A stretch of DNA of 38,707 nt from an uncultured Oligoflexus sp. (GTDB lineage Bacteria > Bdellovibrionota_B > Oligoflexia > Oligoflexales > Oligoflexaceae). The translations under genes and the position numbers were made by a program. The notes under the pieces are model-generated. The model worked only from the letters and a program-made list of their open reading frames with translations. It was not told where the DNA came from and searched no databases. How positions within the stretch are numbered: position 1 is the first letter of the stretch; each line of letters starts with the position of its first letter. Location: the NCBI GenBank assembly GCA_964236955.1, contig CAXSGP010000040.1, forward strand, positions 1 through 38,707. The letters are read 5' to 3'. This document shows, piece after piece, positions 38,443 to 38,707 of the stretch.

Positions 38443-38707
38443 AGCTTCAAGTAAAGGGGGGGTGGACCGTGCTAGTCAATGTCATTCGGTTAATTCTCCT
38501 AAATAACTGATATCGGAGGCGACAAGGTAAACTTTTCAATCTTTATCAAATTGAAAGGTGCCTCCATGGGAACAACCTCATTTCCTCATTTATGGGAAAA
38601 TATTTTAGGTGAAATCGATGAAGTCTGTTGCGATTTTGACAAATCTTGAAGACGAAGACTTAGAATAATTGACACCAAACTTATTGTGAGTTTCATATTT
38701 CAAATTG

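Overview
Chromosomal window of a diderm bacterium. The many lipoproteins, the PA14/DUF1566 surface proteins and the FliA-like promoters suggest Bdellovibrionota/Oligoflexia (inference only). The left 2.4 kb is a decayed mobile patch: an AT-rich helical toxin-like ORF cut by an IS5/MITE-type end, a 25-bp hairpin, and the end of a Tn3-family (Tn4651-like) element made of a terminal IR with an IHF site, an XRE-HTH + DUF4160 toxin-antitoxin-like pair with a perfect 20-bp operator, and a tnpA C-terminal remnant. The rest is mostly housekeeping and envelope genes: a Cys-cluster (YkgJ-like) protein with a possible RRE-like tail, a Suv3-like helicase, cytochrome c, a 1841-aa single-chain acyl-CoA carboxylase, RNase HI with an extra domain, beta-barrels and lipoproteins, a CheB/CheR-PAS hybrid kinase, an FmdB-type Zn ribbon apparently starting at AUU, a CorA pseudogene, an ABC-2 exporter, a Zn alcohol dehydrogenase, an MCAD-like acyl-CoA dehydrogenase and an OmpA/Pal lipoprotein. 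The most unusual non-coding signal is a recurring sigma54-like motif with a 5-bp longer spacer (TGGA..G-N9-WTGCW); one copy sits directly in front of a candidate structured small RNA. No CRISPR, rRNA, tRNA or reverse transcriptase was seen. All family calls come from motif recognition by eye, not from database searches.
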